Shown here piece by piece: positions 9,998-20,205 of a stretch of DNA of 43,110 nucleotides. Source of the stretch: a virus (lineage: Duplodnaviria; Caudoviricetes); the IMG/VR virus record IMGVR_UViG_3300038315_001378, positions 1 through 43,110 of that record, one strand, 5' to 3'. A model generated the notes under the pieces. It was given only the letters and a program-made list of their open reading frames with translations, was not told where the DNA came from and made no database searches. The position numbers and the translations under genes were made by a program. How positions within the stretch are numbered: position 1 is the stretch's first letter; each line of letters starts with the position of its first letter.

Positions 9998-11380
9998 ATG
10001 ATACCAAATTCTAAAATCAATACTTTTGAAAGGCTGTTTTCCAGTTGTGTTTTTGAACACAGATATTTAGACCAAGCGTCGGACGAGGCTTTTGGCGGTA
10101 CTTGGAATGGAGACGCGGCCATAACAACTGTAACAGGCCAGAGGTTTAATCGTGCTTTAACTTTAGACGGAACAGGGGATTATATTGATTATGGGAATAA
10201 TCAGGTTGCTAATTTTGGAACTGGGGATTTTAGTGTTGAAATGGTAATAAAATCATCTAGTACCAGTGAACAAATAATAGCTTATAAAAGAACAACAGGT
10301 GCAGGAGGTTTAGGCTTTTCAATTCGTTTAACTGCAACAAATGGGTTTATTAGCTCTGAAATAGATGACGATACAGGTGGCACTGGGTGGAATGGAACTA
10401 CTAATATGAATGATGGTGTTTGGAGACACGTTATTGTTACAGTAGATCGTGATGGGAATGGTGTTAATTATGTTAATGGAAGTGCAGAAGGCAATACAGA
10501 TGTATCTGGCGCAGCTAATACAATAAGCAATACTGCTATTTTGGCAGTAGGTTCAACATCAGCAGGCGGGGCATATTTTAACGGCCAGATAGCTCTTGTC
10601 CGTATTTGGAATAAATCCCTAACAGCAAGCGAGGTAGCACAGCTTGCTGGTGGCGAAGGATTTGGGTCGGGAACTCCGATTTTTGGCTATGAGAAAAGAG
10701 GGTTGGTAAGTTATTGGCCGCTAGGGAATATTCAAAATACCACAGTAAATGACATAATTGGAACAAATCACGGAAGTGCCACATCAATGGATGAAAGTAA
10801 TTTAGCTGATGGATATAATCAGTATAGGTCATCTCTGGATTTTGACGGGAGTGCTGATATTATTAAAGTTTCCAGTCCATCTTTTATAGATGATACACAA
10901 GGGACTGTTTCAGCTTGGATAAGATCAGATCAAGCAGGCACAGAAAATCAGGTTTGGGGTGTAAATGTTGATGGTGCAACAGATGATGAATTTTTTATTA
11001 CTTTTAGGCCTGACAGCAGCGATGAGATTCAAATTAACCTTTTAGTTAATGGCGGAACTTCTATGGCTTTGGATACAGATAATAATATTCTTACTGATAA
11101 ACTATGGCATCATTGTGTAGTTCTTTCAGATGGCTCTGCGATTAAAATGTATCTTGATGGCGTTGAAGTGAATTTAAATGTTTTACAAGGTGCAAATTCT
11201 GGCCAATGGCTTGGCAGTGCTACGCAAGCGGATGTATTTACAATAGGAGCAATATCAAGAGCTGCTATTTCTAAGCAATGGAATGGGGGTATCCAAGATG
11301 TAATGGTTTATGACAGGGCATTAACAGTCTTAGAAATTGATTTATTATATAACCGCCAACGTCGCGGACTTAAAATATGA
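9998..11380 (+). CDS. Tandem LamG/concanavalin A-like domain protein
   Basis: Two ALxLDG..DYI / WxHV / FNGQI..VRIWN..LT repeats. Confidence 0.85.
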   Translation: MIPNSKINTFERLFSSCVFEHRYLDQASDEAFGGTWNGDAAITTVTGQRFNRALTLDGTGDYIDYGNNQVANFGTGDFSVEMVIKSSSTSEQIIAYKRTTGAGGLGFSIRLTATNGFISSEIDDDTGGTGWNGTTNMNDGVWRHVIVTVDRDGNGVNYVNGSAEGNTDVSGAANTISNTAILAVGSTSAGGAYFNGQIALVRIWNKSLTASEVAQLAGGEGFGSGTPIFGYEKRGLVSYWPLGNIQNTTVNDIIGTNHGSATSMDESNLADGYNQYRSSLDFDGSADIIKVSSPSFIDDTQGTVSAWIRSDQAGTENQVWGVNVDGATDDEFFITFRPDSSDEIQINLLVNGGTSMALDTDNNILTDKLWHHCVVLSDGSAIKMYLDGVEVNLNVLQGANSGQWLGSATQADVFTIGAISRAAISKQWNGGIQDVMVYDRALTVLEIDLLYNRQRRGLKI

Positions 11381-12066
11381 GTACAATCCCAAAACAACAA
11401 AATATAGCTGGCTACTGGAAAGGAAACCTTAATCAATCAGGTACTTTGCAGGATTTTTCTGGTAATGCAAATCATATGACCTTGGTATCAGCACCGCCAC
11501 AAGTAGAGACACCATACGGATCAGCTCTTGACTATGATGGAACAAATGATTATTGCAAAGTTGCTGACAATACTTCTTTATCTATTACAGGTGATTTAAC
11601 AATATCTACTTGGCTAAATACCGATAATCGCGCTGGAGACGAAAAGATATTAACAAAATGGATATCTGGGAATACCCAAAATAGCTATTTGTTTAAATTT
11701 GATGCAGGAAAAGTATTGTTTTTTACTCCAGATAGCCTTACGGATGGAGGTAATAATTTTGAAAGGACTGACTCGGCAATTCTTTTTGACGGCATTTGGC
11801 ATCACATTACTGTTGTATATGATGCATCTGTTCCAAAAGTAATTTTTTATCTTGATGGCAGAATACAGACATCAACAACTACAGGAACTATACAAGGTAG
11901 CCTACCAAACGGAACTGCTGAAACTAGAATTGGTTCTATAGATGGTTCTGGTGGAGATTATGAAGGCAGATATACCCAAACAATCCTTTGGAATACAGCT
12001 TTAAACCCTAACGACGCAAGACAATTATATTTAGCAATGCAACGCCTTACAGCAAAAAGATTATAA
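11377..12066 (+). CDS. LamG/concanavalin A-like domain protein
   Basis: DFSGNANH, ALDYDGTNDY, WHHITVVYD, FYLDG motifs. Confidence 0.85.
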   Translation: MSTIPKQQNIAGYWKGNLNQSGTLQDFSGNANHMTLVSAPPQVETPYGSALDYDGTNDYCKVADNTSLSITGDLTISTWLNTDNRAGDEKILTKWISGNTQNSYLFKFDAGKVLFFTPDSLTDGGNNFERTDSAILFDGIWHHITVVYDASVPKVIFYLDGRIQTSTTTGTIQGSLPNGTAETRIGSIDGSGGDYEGRYTQTILWNTALNPNDARQLYLAMQRLTAKRL

Positions 12067-12069
12067 AAT

Positions 12070-13041
12070 ATGGCAATAATAAACCCAAAACAACTTGACC
12101 TCCGAGTGTATATGAACCCGAATGATGATAATAGCGGAAACGATAAATCACCATATGCACAATCAGCGACTCTCGCAGGAACAGCCAGCGTAGCCTCTGG
12201 AGCTTTAGTATTGGACGGAAACAGCGATTACCTTACTTTCCCTGACACCGCTTCCAACTCCTTATTTTCCCGTAATGAATTGACTTTGTTTGCTTGGTTT
12301 AATGTGGATACTTTGGATACGACTGCACAGACAATAATAGCTAAGTATGATGATGGTAATAATAATAGAGCATATATGTTAAGAATTGAAGCGACATCAG
12401 ATACAATTCGTTCTTTTTTGTCTTTTGGCGGGACAGCTAATAATTCAGACATTGAAACTAGCGAAACAATAACACCTGGAACAGATTATTTTGTTGTAAC
12501 CACTTGGGACGGAGCACACCACAAAGCTTTTATAAATGGAGTAGAAAAAACATCAGAGTTTTATAGTGGTGGGATTTTTGACGGCAATGAATTGGTGAGC
12601 ATAGGAGCATCATTTAACACAACTGCTGAAGAATTTTTTGACGGCACAATCTACCAAGCAGGCGTATCAGGGCGCGCTTGGTCTCCGCAACAAATAGCTA
12701 ACCTTTTTCATTTAGGAAAAACATATCGCGTAATTGAGCCTAAAAAAGAATTGCTTTTTAGTGAAAATTTTGGGGGAAGCAATGTTTTGAGCCAATATAT
12801 TAAATCAGGCGGAACATTTGCAATAGAATACCAAAATACGACTGGAAAAAATTACTTAAAATGTTTAACAGGCACATCAGTAACATTAAAAACCCTAACA
12901 AATGATTGGAATGGCGCGAATTTTACAGACAGCCAAACAACAATAGCAGGCAGTCCAACTGTAACTCGCAATACTTCTGATGTAACAATAACAATGTCAG
13001 CCAATGATGCTATTACTGATATTGTTGTGAGAAGAAATTAA
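12070..13041 (+). CDS. LamG/concanavalin A-like domain protein
   Basis: LDGNSDYL, VVTTWDG, FINGVE, FFDGTI motifs. Confidence 0.82.
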   Translation: MAIINPKQLDLRVYMNPNDDNSGNDKSPYAQSATLAGTASVASGALVLDGNSDYLTFPDTASNSLFSRNELTLFAWFNVDTLDTTAQTIIAKYDDGNNNRAYMLRIEATSDTIRSFLSFGGTANNSDIETSETITPGTDYFVVTTWDGAHHKAFINGVEKTSEFYSGGIFDGNELVSIGASFNTTAEEFFDGTIYQAGVSGRAWSPQQIANLFHLGKTYRVIEPKKELLFSENFGGSNVLSQYIKSGGTFAIEYQNTTGKNYLKCLTGTSVTLKTLTNDWNGANFTDSQTTIAGSPTVTRNTSDVTITMSANDAITDIVVRRN

Positions 13042-13230
13042 AAATATAAAAATTAGAAGATTCTAATGCCAACAAACAAGCACAAAAAATCAGCAAGTAA
13101 ACAACGCCGCGGACAAGACAATGTTGATATTATAAACGAAATAAATCTAAATTAAATTAATTTAATTAGCAGCGGGCAGGTATGAGTGCTAGTCGCTTGG
13201 CTTCTTGTACTTTGCCCGCAAGTCAAGCAT

Positions 13231-13467
13231 ATGTATAACGAGAAATATTATCAAGATAAAAAAATAAAGCTCCGCCAAAAGCTAACAAGCAAGCAAAATG
13301 AATTTATTAATGATGTTTTGGTTTTAGCGCAAAGGTTTAGTAATGACAGGCAGGATTTATCTCAATCTTTTACAGAAATCACAAAACAAGAAGAAGAAAG
13401 CAAAAAACCTAAAAAAGAAGTTAAAAAACCTAAAACAAAAACCAAAGCTCGAGCAAAGAAAAAATAA
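13231..13467 (+). CDS. Small coiled-coil protein with basic tail
   Basis: ORF 13186-13467; ATG at 13231 is the likely start. Confidence 0.6.
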   Translation: MYNEKYYQDKKIKLRQKLTSKQNEFINDVLVLAQRFSNDRQDLSQSFTEITKQEEESKKPKKEVKKPKTKTKARAKKK

Positions 13468-13470
13468 TTT

Positions 13471-14379
13471 ATGCTATCTTATACTGGGTTGAGAAATTTA
13501 TTTGGGGATTTAACAAACGACGCGAGTTCGGCCAATTTAACTTTGGCAGATACTTTAATAAATAATGTTATACGCAAAATATTAAGAAAAGTTAATTGGC
13601 CGTTCCTAGAGCGTACCGCGTCAATCACAACAGTCGCGAGCCAGCAGGATTATGACCTTCCATACAATTTCCGCAAAATATTAGCAACTCCATATTTAAC
13701 AGTTTCCTCAACCCAGTATCCCATGAAAGAGTCGCCAACCAGAGAGCATTGGAACTGGCTAAACCAGACAACTACAACTACATCAGACATACCAGAATAT
13801 TTTTATATTTTCAACAAGCAAATTAGCATATATCCAACTTTGTCCAGCGCGAGCAATACAATAACAGTGCCTTATCTTATAAGGGTTAAAGATTTAAGTG
13901 TGGCTGATTATACCACAGGCACCATAACAACCACAGCGGCGTCAGATGAAACAGTAGTAGGCTCTGGCACAAGCTGGACAGCGCAAATGGCTAATAGGTA
14001 TTTGCGAATTACAGACGGAGACGCCGCTGGTAGCGGAGACGGAGAGTGGTATGAGATAGCCTCTGTAACAGACGGCACTAACCTAGAGCTACAAGAAGCA
14101 TATGCAGGCACGGCAATTACAGCAGGCAGCGCGGCTTACGCTATGGGCCAAATGCCAGAGTTGCCAGAGGAGTTTCATATATTACCAGTTAATGGCGCGC
14201 TGCAAACTTACTTTACTTCTATAAAACCAGAAAGAGCAAGGGCGCAAGATTATGGGGCATTGTTTCAGGAAGGAATGAGAGATTTATTAAAAGATCACGG
14301 CGGCAAATCAACCAGCCCAGCAATAATAGATTCTTTGGTTCAAGAAGTTAGAAATCCTAATTTATTTGTAGAATTATAA
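13471..14379 (+). CDS. Head-tail adaptor / tail tubular protein A-like
   Basis: WPFLE, QQDYDLP, PEYFYIF..QISIYP, LPEEFH motifs typical of podovirus adaptors. Confidence 0.65.
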   Translation: MLSYTGLRNLFGDLTNDASSANLTLADTLINNVIRKILRKVNWPFLERTASITTVASQQDYDLPYNFRKILATPYLTVSSTQYPMKESPTREHWNWLNQTTTTTSDIPEYFYIFNKQISIYPTLSSASNTITVPYLIRVKDLSVADYTTGTITTTAASDETVVGSGTSWTAQMANRYLRITDGDAAGSGDGEWYEIASVTDGTNLELQEAYAGTAITAGSAAYAMGQMPELPEEFHILPVNGALQTYFTSIKPERARAQDYGALFQEGMRDLLKDHGGKSTSPAIIDSLVQEVRNPNLFVEL

Positions 14380-14384
14380 TATGT

Positions 14385-14725
14385 ATGGCATTAAAAACAA
14401 TAACAATCAATTCTATTTGGGGCGGACAGCAACAGACGTATTATGTTTGAGAGCCTATTATTTTAGCGCTTTCAAGATTAGCTTTCAAAACAGCGTCAAT
14501 TATTTTTGGTCCATAAGGATGGAATTTTGAATATGTTTTATAACTTTTTTCTTTATATAAAGAACTTTCTTTATATAAATCGAAAAGCAGCCAAAGAATT
14601 AAAAGTAAAAAAATAAAATTCATAATTATATATTAACATAGAATTTAAAATAATAACAGAAATGAATGGCATTAAAAACAATAACAATCAATTCGATCTG
14701 GGGCGGACAGCAACAGACATATTAT
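14385..14725 (+). repeat. 60-bp direct repeat of a gene 5' end (14385-14444 and 14666-14725) flanking an insert
   Basis: Both copies encode MALKTITINSIWGGQQQTYY; three differences, all synonymous. Confidence 0.92.
14441..14623 (-). CDS. Small membrane protein (moron-like insert)
   Basis: 60 aa, N-terminal hydrophobic helix, very AT-rich, antisense within the tail operon. Confidence 0.55.
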   Translation of the reverse strand: MNFIFLLLILWLLFDLYKESSLYKEKSYKTYSKFHPYGPKIIDAVLKANLESAKIIGSQT

Positions 14726-16240
14726 TCAGGCGGAGCAGACACATATCTGGCAAGTTTGGGAATTGACCCAGATTTACCTGTAAACACAGCGGGGCTAGAC
14801 GAGAGAACCAGCGGAGCGATTGTGCCTGTGGCATATACTAAATTTAGTAGTACAAATATTTCTGGCTATCCTAAATGGATTGTTACTAATATTAAAGACA
14901 CAAAAATATATGTTTACGCTTCTGATGGCAAGTTTGTTAGTTATACTTCTGCTTTGGGCAGTGAAACGCTGGTTGGAACGCCAACCTCGGGTGCTGGCAA
15001 TGGAGCAGCTTATTATAATAACTATATTTATCTTGCTACTCCTACTGACATATCCCGTTACGGCCCGCTAGACGGAACACCGAGTTTAGCTAATACAGTT
15101 TGGACTTCTACTTGGTCTTTGACAGCTTTAACAAATACCACATACCCTAGTTTGCGAGGAACGCCAATGCCAAATCATCCAATGCACGTTCACGGAGACA
15201 ATGCTTTATATCTTGGTGATGTATCAGCAGGGCAGGGGATTATAAACAAAATTATTACTAGCAAAACTACTAATGAGGGTGATACTGATAATGGTTCAGC
15301 GTATAATTCTCTTGATTTGCCGTTTGGATTTATACCAACTGATATTGAGTCTTGGGGTACTGATTTGGTAATAGCCGCGACGCAAACAACTGACACCACA
15401 GTCAATCAAGGAAAAGCTGCTTTGTTCTTTTGGGATCCAACCGATACTGATACTTTCTATCGCGGCCCTATGTTTTTACCTGATCCGATAGTATCGGCTC
15501 TAATCAATATCAATGGAGTTCTATGGATTTTTACAGGCAACGCGAGCAATGGGGTAAGAGTATCCCGATATATTGGCGGAAATAGCATATCGAAAACTGG
15601 CAATGTATATTTAGAAGAAGGACAGCCGCCTTTAGCTGGCGCGGTGGACGCTTTAGGCAATAGAGTTGTCTGGGGAGGTTATAGTACCTATCCAGAAAGC
15701 TCTGCTTGCGTATGGGCGTTAGGCAGTAAAAGACCAGATGTTCCAGCAGGCTTGCATAATGTTGTTAAAACAACATCAACAGGAGCAACGCAGAGTGTTA
15801 CAGCTTTAAAATATGCTTTGCAAAGCTCAAATATTAGTCCGCGGGTAATAGCAGGCTGGGGAGATGATAGTGCCAAAGGAATTGATAAATATTCTGCTGC
15901 GGCAACCCAAACAAGCGTCTGGAGAAGTAAAGTAATTAATATAGGGCAGGCATTTCAATTAAAGCGAATACGCGTACCTTTAAGCAAGGCAGTGGCCGCT
16001 AATATGACATTTACGCCTAAAGTATATATAGACGAGGAGAGCACCACAGTAACTTTGACAACAGTAAATAATACAAATTACGCCAGCAGTGAAAGAAAGA
16101 TTGATATTAAAGCGCGGGAATTAAAATCAGCGCAAGGCAAGAACAATTTTTTTATAGAATTTAATTTTGACGGCACTGTTCAGCTTCCTATAACTTTTCC
16201 GATAATTATAGATGTTGACGTGTTTGAGGACGAACCATAA
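14666..16240 (+). CDS. Tail nozzle / tubular protein B-like (beta-propeller)
   Basis: 524-aa beta-rich protein directly after the adaptor; LFFWD, VLWIF, VWALG blade-like motifs. Confidence 0.6.
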   Translation: MALKTITINSIWGGQQQTYYSGGADTYLASLGIDPDLPVNTAGLDERTSGAIVPVAYTKFSSTNISGYPKWIVTNIKDTKIYVYASDGKFVSYTSALGSETLVGTPTSGAGNGAAYYNNYIYLATPTDISRYGPLDGTPSLANTVWTSTWSLTALTNTTYPSLRGTPMPNHPMHVHGDNALYLGDVSAGQGIINKIITSKTTNEGDTDNGSAYNSLDLPFGFIPTDIESWGTDLVIAATQTTDTTVNQGKAALFFWDPTDTDTFYRGPMFLPDPIVSALININGVLWIFTGNASNGVRVSRYIGGNSISKTGNVYLEEGQPPLAGAVDALGNRVVWGGYSTYPESSACVWALGSKRPDVPAGLHNVVKTTSTGATQSVTALKYALQSSNISPRVIAGWGDDSAKGIDKYSAAATQTSVWRSKVINIGQAFQLKRIRVPLSKAVAANMTFTPKVYIDEESTTVTLTTVNNTNYASSERKIDIKARELKSAQGKNNFFIEFNFDGTVQLPITFPIIIDVDVFEDEP

Positions 16241-18099
16241 TGCCAAAAGAATTAGAACAATACGAACTGCCAGAGCTAGAACCGAATTTTGTAACAGAAG
16301 AAGAAGTGCGGGCCATGATTTCTGGCGAATTAACTAATTTTACAGAAGTATCAAGAGTGCAGGCTGGCGAGATGAGAAGCAGAAATTTTGTATCTGGTAT
16401 ATCAGGCTGGCAACTAACGCCAACAAGCGCGCAATTAAATGTATCAACAGCAATTTTAGCTTTAGATATTCCAGACACAACTACAGCAAATTCTTTTCAT
16501 GTTGAATCAGATGGTGATACTTTTTGGGGAGCAAACAATGCTGATTTTACTTCTAACAATGACAATGCTAATGCTTATGTTCTCAAAACAGGAGTTGCTA
16601 AGTTTCAGACAGTTACTATCACAGGCGCGTCAAGCACTATAGAGACATCAGCAATATTAGGATCAACTACAGTAGAAGAAGCGGAAAGAGGCGCGACAGC
16701 AAATTTGCCAGATGATACTAATTTATCGCTTTACTGGTCTTTGGATGAGGGCGCGGCTCTTGTGGCTGTTGATACTTCTGGCAATAGCAATGACGGCACG
16801 CTAAATGGCACAATGACAGACGCGGACTGGGTAACAGGAGTATCAGGCACAGCACTAGATTTAGAAGGTACTGATGATTTTATTGATATAGCGTCCCCAA
16901 GTTTTATTGATGATACGCAAGGGGCAGTATCTTTATGGGTTAAAATGGATGGTTTAGCTGCGGCTGATACTATCTGGTCAGTAACAGTTGACGGCAGTAA
17001 TGATGATGACTACAGATTAGATTTTAGAGGAGATGTTGATAATAAATTAGAAATTGCTTATTTTTTAAACGGCGCGACCACAATGCAGTTGAGATCAGCT
17101 GATAATGCTATCAATGATACTAACTGGCATCATGTTGTTCTAACTTCTGATGGTTCGACAGTTAGACTTTATGTGGATAGCGTTGAGCAGACATTGTCAG
17201 TAGTGGTGGGCAGTAATAACGGTTCGTGGATAGGGGACGCTACCCAAGCTGATGTTTTTGCAGTAGGAGTTTTAAAAAGAACGAGTGATGTTCAATTTTT
17301 AGATGGTCAAGTAGATGAGATACGGGTTTATTCAGCTAATTTAACAGCTGCAGAAGTTTATGCTCTTTATAAAAATCCAAGTGCTATAAAATCAGCAAAA
17401 GCAGTTGATACACAAAATGTTAATACAGTAGCTGCAACCCGTGTACAGCCAAGAGCAGAAACCTTTTATGAAAAGTTTGTGTCTGTAGGCAGTGCCGCAG
17501 ACGGACTGGTTGAAACAACAGGAGGTGGAAGTGCGCTTACTAGACTTAATTTGATAACAGAAATTAACTCTGTGTCTAATGGTGTAAATGAAACTTGTAA
17601 ATTATCTACTACTACCAGCCCCCTAACAAATACTGATATTGGCTGGGATGAAGCAAGCGCGATTGAGTTTTTTATTCCAATTAGGTTATCTCATACAGCA
17701 AATCAAGATGTATTATGGGGTTTGGTTGATGACGATGCGGCAATGATGCAAGCAGCAGGAGATGTGCCAGCAGACGGAGCTTTAACAGACAGGCATATAG
17801 CATTTATAGTTGTTGACGGTACTCTTAAAGCGTCTAGCGCGGATGGTACGACACAAGAGACTACTACAGTAACAGGATATACTCTAACTAACTGGAACAA
17901 ATATTTAATTGTTTTTGACAGCGGCACTGATGTTAAGTTCTATGTTAATGATACTCTGGAAGCAACGCATACTACTAATATTCCTGCTGGCGCGGGTTCA
18001 GCGCAAAGATTTGGCTTGCACATGGGCATACAGAAGATTGGCACAGGTCAGGCCACGTTAAATATTTCAAATAATTATAGTGTCTTTTTAGACGCTTAA
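16240..18099 (+). CDS. Tail fibre with LamG domain
   Basis: SRNFVSGISGWQL fibre motif, central LamG domain (YWSLDEG...DTSGNSNDG...WHHVV...DEIRVYS). Confidence 0.78.
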   Translation: MPKELEQYELPELEPNFVTEEEVRAMISGELTNFTEVSRVQAGEMRSRNFVSGISGWQLTPTSAQLNVSTAILALDIPDTTTANSFHVESDGDTFWGANNADFTSNNDNANAYVLKTGVAKFQTVTITGASSTIETSAILGSTTVEEAERGATANLPDDTNLSLYWSLDEGAALVAVDTSGNSNDGTLNGTMTDADWVTGVSGTALDLEGTDDFIDIASPSFIDDTQGAVSLWVKMDGLAAADTIWSVTVDGSNDDDYRLDFRGDVDNKLEIAYFLNGATTMQLRSADNAINDTNWHHVVLTSDGSTVRLYVDSVEQTLSVVVGSNNGSWIGDATQADVFAVGVLKRTSDVQFLDGQVDEIRVYSANLTAAEVYALYKNPSAIKSAKAVDTQNVNTVAATRVQPRAETFYEKFVSVGSAADGLVETTGGGSALTRLNLITEINSVSNGVNETCKLSTTTSPLTNTDIGWDEASAIEFFIPIRLSHTANQDVLWGLVDDDAAMMQAAGDVPADGALTDRHIAFIVVDGTLKASSADGTTQETTTVTGYTLTNWNKYLIVFDSGTDVKFYVNDTLEATHTTNIPAGAGSAQRFGLHMGIQKIGTGQATLNISNNYSVFLDA

Positions 18100-18103
18100 A
18101 GAT

Positions 18104-18352
18104 ATGCAAATAAATTTAGAAACAAAAAAAATACATTTAAAACATGATTGTAAAGAACCGCATAGAACTATAGGTGAAGATCATCCAGACTATGATAAAT
18201 TATTACAAGGACATGATTTTGATATTACTGATGACGGGTTTAAAATTAAAGAAACACAGCATGGGGTTAATTATAAAGATTTAAAAAATAAACTAAAACA
18301 AGGAACAGCTACATCTGCTGAAGTACAAAAGATGTTAGTTGAATTACTTTAA
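18104..18352 (+). CDS. Small protein, possible fibre chaperone
   Basis: 82 aa immediately after the fibre gene. Confidence 0.55.
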   Translation: MQINLETKKIHLKHDCKEPHRTIGEDHPDYDKLLQGHDFDITDDGFKIKETQHGVNYKDLKNKLKQGTATSAEVQKMLVELL

Positions 18353-18353
18353 T

Positions 18354-20204
18354 ATGGCTAATCAATTTTCACCACAATTTAAAAGAGGACAAGAGAGATT
18401 AATAAAAATTCTCTCTCCTCAACAAAGATTAAAATTCCAGCAAGCTGGTATTATTAAAGGCACGCAAGGCATAGAAAAGATAGGGGGCAGCGAGTTTTTT
18501 AAAGTGCCTTCTCCGGATGTTTTACAGCAAATATCTAAAGGTGGATTTATTGATCCAAGAGCCGCTTTACAAGAATTTCCCAAAGTTGACAAAGAGACTG
18601 TATCGACAGTGCCGCCAGCAGTTGGAAGAACGCAGCAACCTGTTGTCAAGCCGCCATCTTCAACAAGAAGTAAAGCACCTGTATCGACAGTGCCGCCAGC
18701 AGTTGGTGGGTTGCAACAGCCCGCACATGTAAAACCACCCAAAGCTGACAAAGCACCTGTATCGACAGTGCCGCCAGCAGTTGGTGGGTTGCAACAACCT
18801 TCTCCAACTCCCAAAGCACAAGCAGAATTTAAGCAGTTTTTAGAAAAAGGACGTGGTGAGATTAAAACAGAAGTTAAAAATGAAATGGAAAACAAAGCCT
18901 TAAAAGACGAACTTAAAATAACAAAGGATCAATTAAAACAGGTTGGACAAGAAAAAGACGAGCAAGCTGCTCAAGCCTCACAAGCCGCGAGCGAACAAAG
19001 AAGGGTTGCTTTTGAAAATCAAATTATTTCTTTGGAAAATCAAATTACATCTATGCGAGAGGACGCGAGAGTTGCTTTGCAAGAACAGCTATCTGCTATT
19101 TCAGGCGAATTGCAAACACAAGAAGCTGAAACACAAGAAGCAAGACAGGTTTTAACATCTACTTTAGCAATCACGCCCCAAGAGCAAGAAATCCAACAAA
19201 AATTTGATAATCTTATATCTTCTGGAGCTTTAGGTATATCAGAGGTGAGCGATCAGCCTATAGCCCGTAAGTTTATAACAGGCCAAGCTCAAGCAATACA
19301 GCGGCAAACCTTAGCAGAGGCAGAGCCTTTAGAGCGGCAACTGGCGCGATTGCAAACACAAAGACAGGCAGCTTTGGATGTTGCAAAGCTCGAGCTTGAG
19401 TTTGAAGAAGCTGATGAGGCGCAATTAAGAGGAGAGCAAAAAAGGCTAAAACAAACACAAGAAAAACAAAAAGATGAAGCAATCGAGTCAGCAGAAAAAC
19501 AATTATCTCAAATTACTAAGCTGCAAGCTGAAAAAGAAATAGCTGCCGCTAAAATGGAATTAGATTTATTGCAGTTTGCGACAGAAGAAGAAAGAAAACA
19601 GAGACAGCAAGAAATTGATTTAGTCAAGGCTTTGGTTAATGTGCCAGAAGGCGCGGTTGTTTCCGTAGGCGGACAGGAGTTTATAGGGTTAAAGCCAGAG
19701 GAAATTGATCCATTTTTTACTGGAGCAAACATAATTAGTTTTATGAAGTCAATCCCAGAGGGCGAGACCAGCTCGATCACTGATCCAAACACAGGAGAGA
19801 CTTTTGAACTGCAAGGCTTAAAAGATGTTACGCCTAATTTAAAAACTATACAGAGCACTGATGACGCTGGCAGGGTTACATTAACGACTTACGCGACTGA
19901 TCCGCAGACAGGGGAAACTAAAACTGTAAGTCAGGTGAGTGCGGGGAGTGTTGGAAAAAGCAAAACACAGCCATCAAATCTATCGGTTAATTTCCCGCGT
20001 CAAACCCAAAATGCTTTATTTGATGCCAATGGTCAACAAATAGGATTTGCCATTTTTAATCCTATTACAGCACAAACACAGTTTACAGATTTTAACGGCA
20101 ACCCAATAGAATTTCCAACAGGAGGAAGAATTGGATCAGTATCCTCTAAATTTAGTGAAAGTGAAGACGAGGGTTCTTTGTCAAGCGATAGTTTAGCTGA
20201 CTAA
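18354..20204 (+). CDS. Putative ejection/internal virion protein, Q/E-rich coiled coil
   Basis: ATG 18354 likely start; long coiled coil; position after tail genes as for podoviral DNA-transfer proteins. Confidence 0.6.
   Translation: MANQFSPQFKRGQERLIKILSPQQRLKFQQAGIIKGTQGIEKIGGSEFFKVPSPDVLQQISKGGFIDPRAALQEFPKVDKETVSTVPPAVGRTQQPVVKPPSSTRSKAPVSTVPPAVGGLQQPAHVKPPKADKAPVSTVPPAVGGLQQPSPTPKAQAEFKQFLEKGRGEIKTEVKNEMENKALKDELKITKDQLKQVGQEKDEQAAQASQAASEQRRVAFENQIISLENQITSMREDARVALQEQLSAISGELQTQEAETQEARQVLTSTLAITPQEQEIQQKFDNLISSGALGISEVSDQPIARKFITGQAQAIQRQTLAEAEPLERQLARLQTQRQAALDVAKLELEFEEADEAQLRGEQKRLKQTQEKQKDEAIESAEKQLSQITKLQAEKEIAAAKMELDLLQFATEEERKQRQQEIDLVKALVNVPEGAVVSVGGQEFIGLKPEEIDPFFTGANIISFMKSIPEGETSSITDPNTGETFELQGLKDVTPNLKTIQSTDDAGRVTLTTYATDPQTGETKTVSQVSAGSVGKSKTQPSNLSVNFPRQTQNALFDANGQQIGFAIFNPITAQTQFTDFNGNPIEFPTGGRIGSVSSKFSESEDEGSLSSDSLAD
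18598..18796 (+). repeat. Intragenic repeat encoding VSTVPPAVG, three copies
   Basis: 47-bp identical copies at 18672-18718 and 18750-18796; 28-bp core also at 18598-18625. Confidence 0.9.
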
Positions 20205-20205
20205 T

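Noticed and set aside
9998-18099. Diversity-generating retroelement acting on fibre genes
   Set aside because: No reverse transcriptase and no adenine-specific template/variable repeat pair seen
18598-18796. Possible second CRISPR array
   Set aside because: Repeats are in frame within a long ORF and encode a peptide repeat
19788-19810. Spacer 1 similarity to ACAGGAGAGACTTTTGAA
   Set aside because: Several mismatches and no match at the guide 5' end
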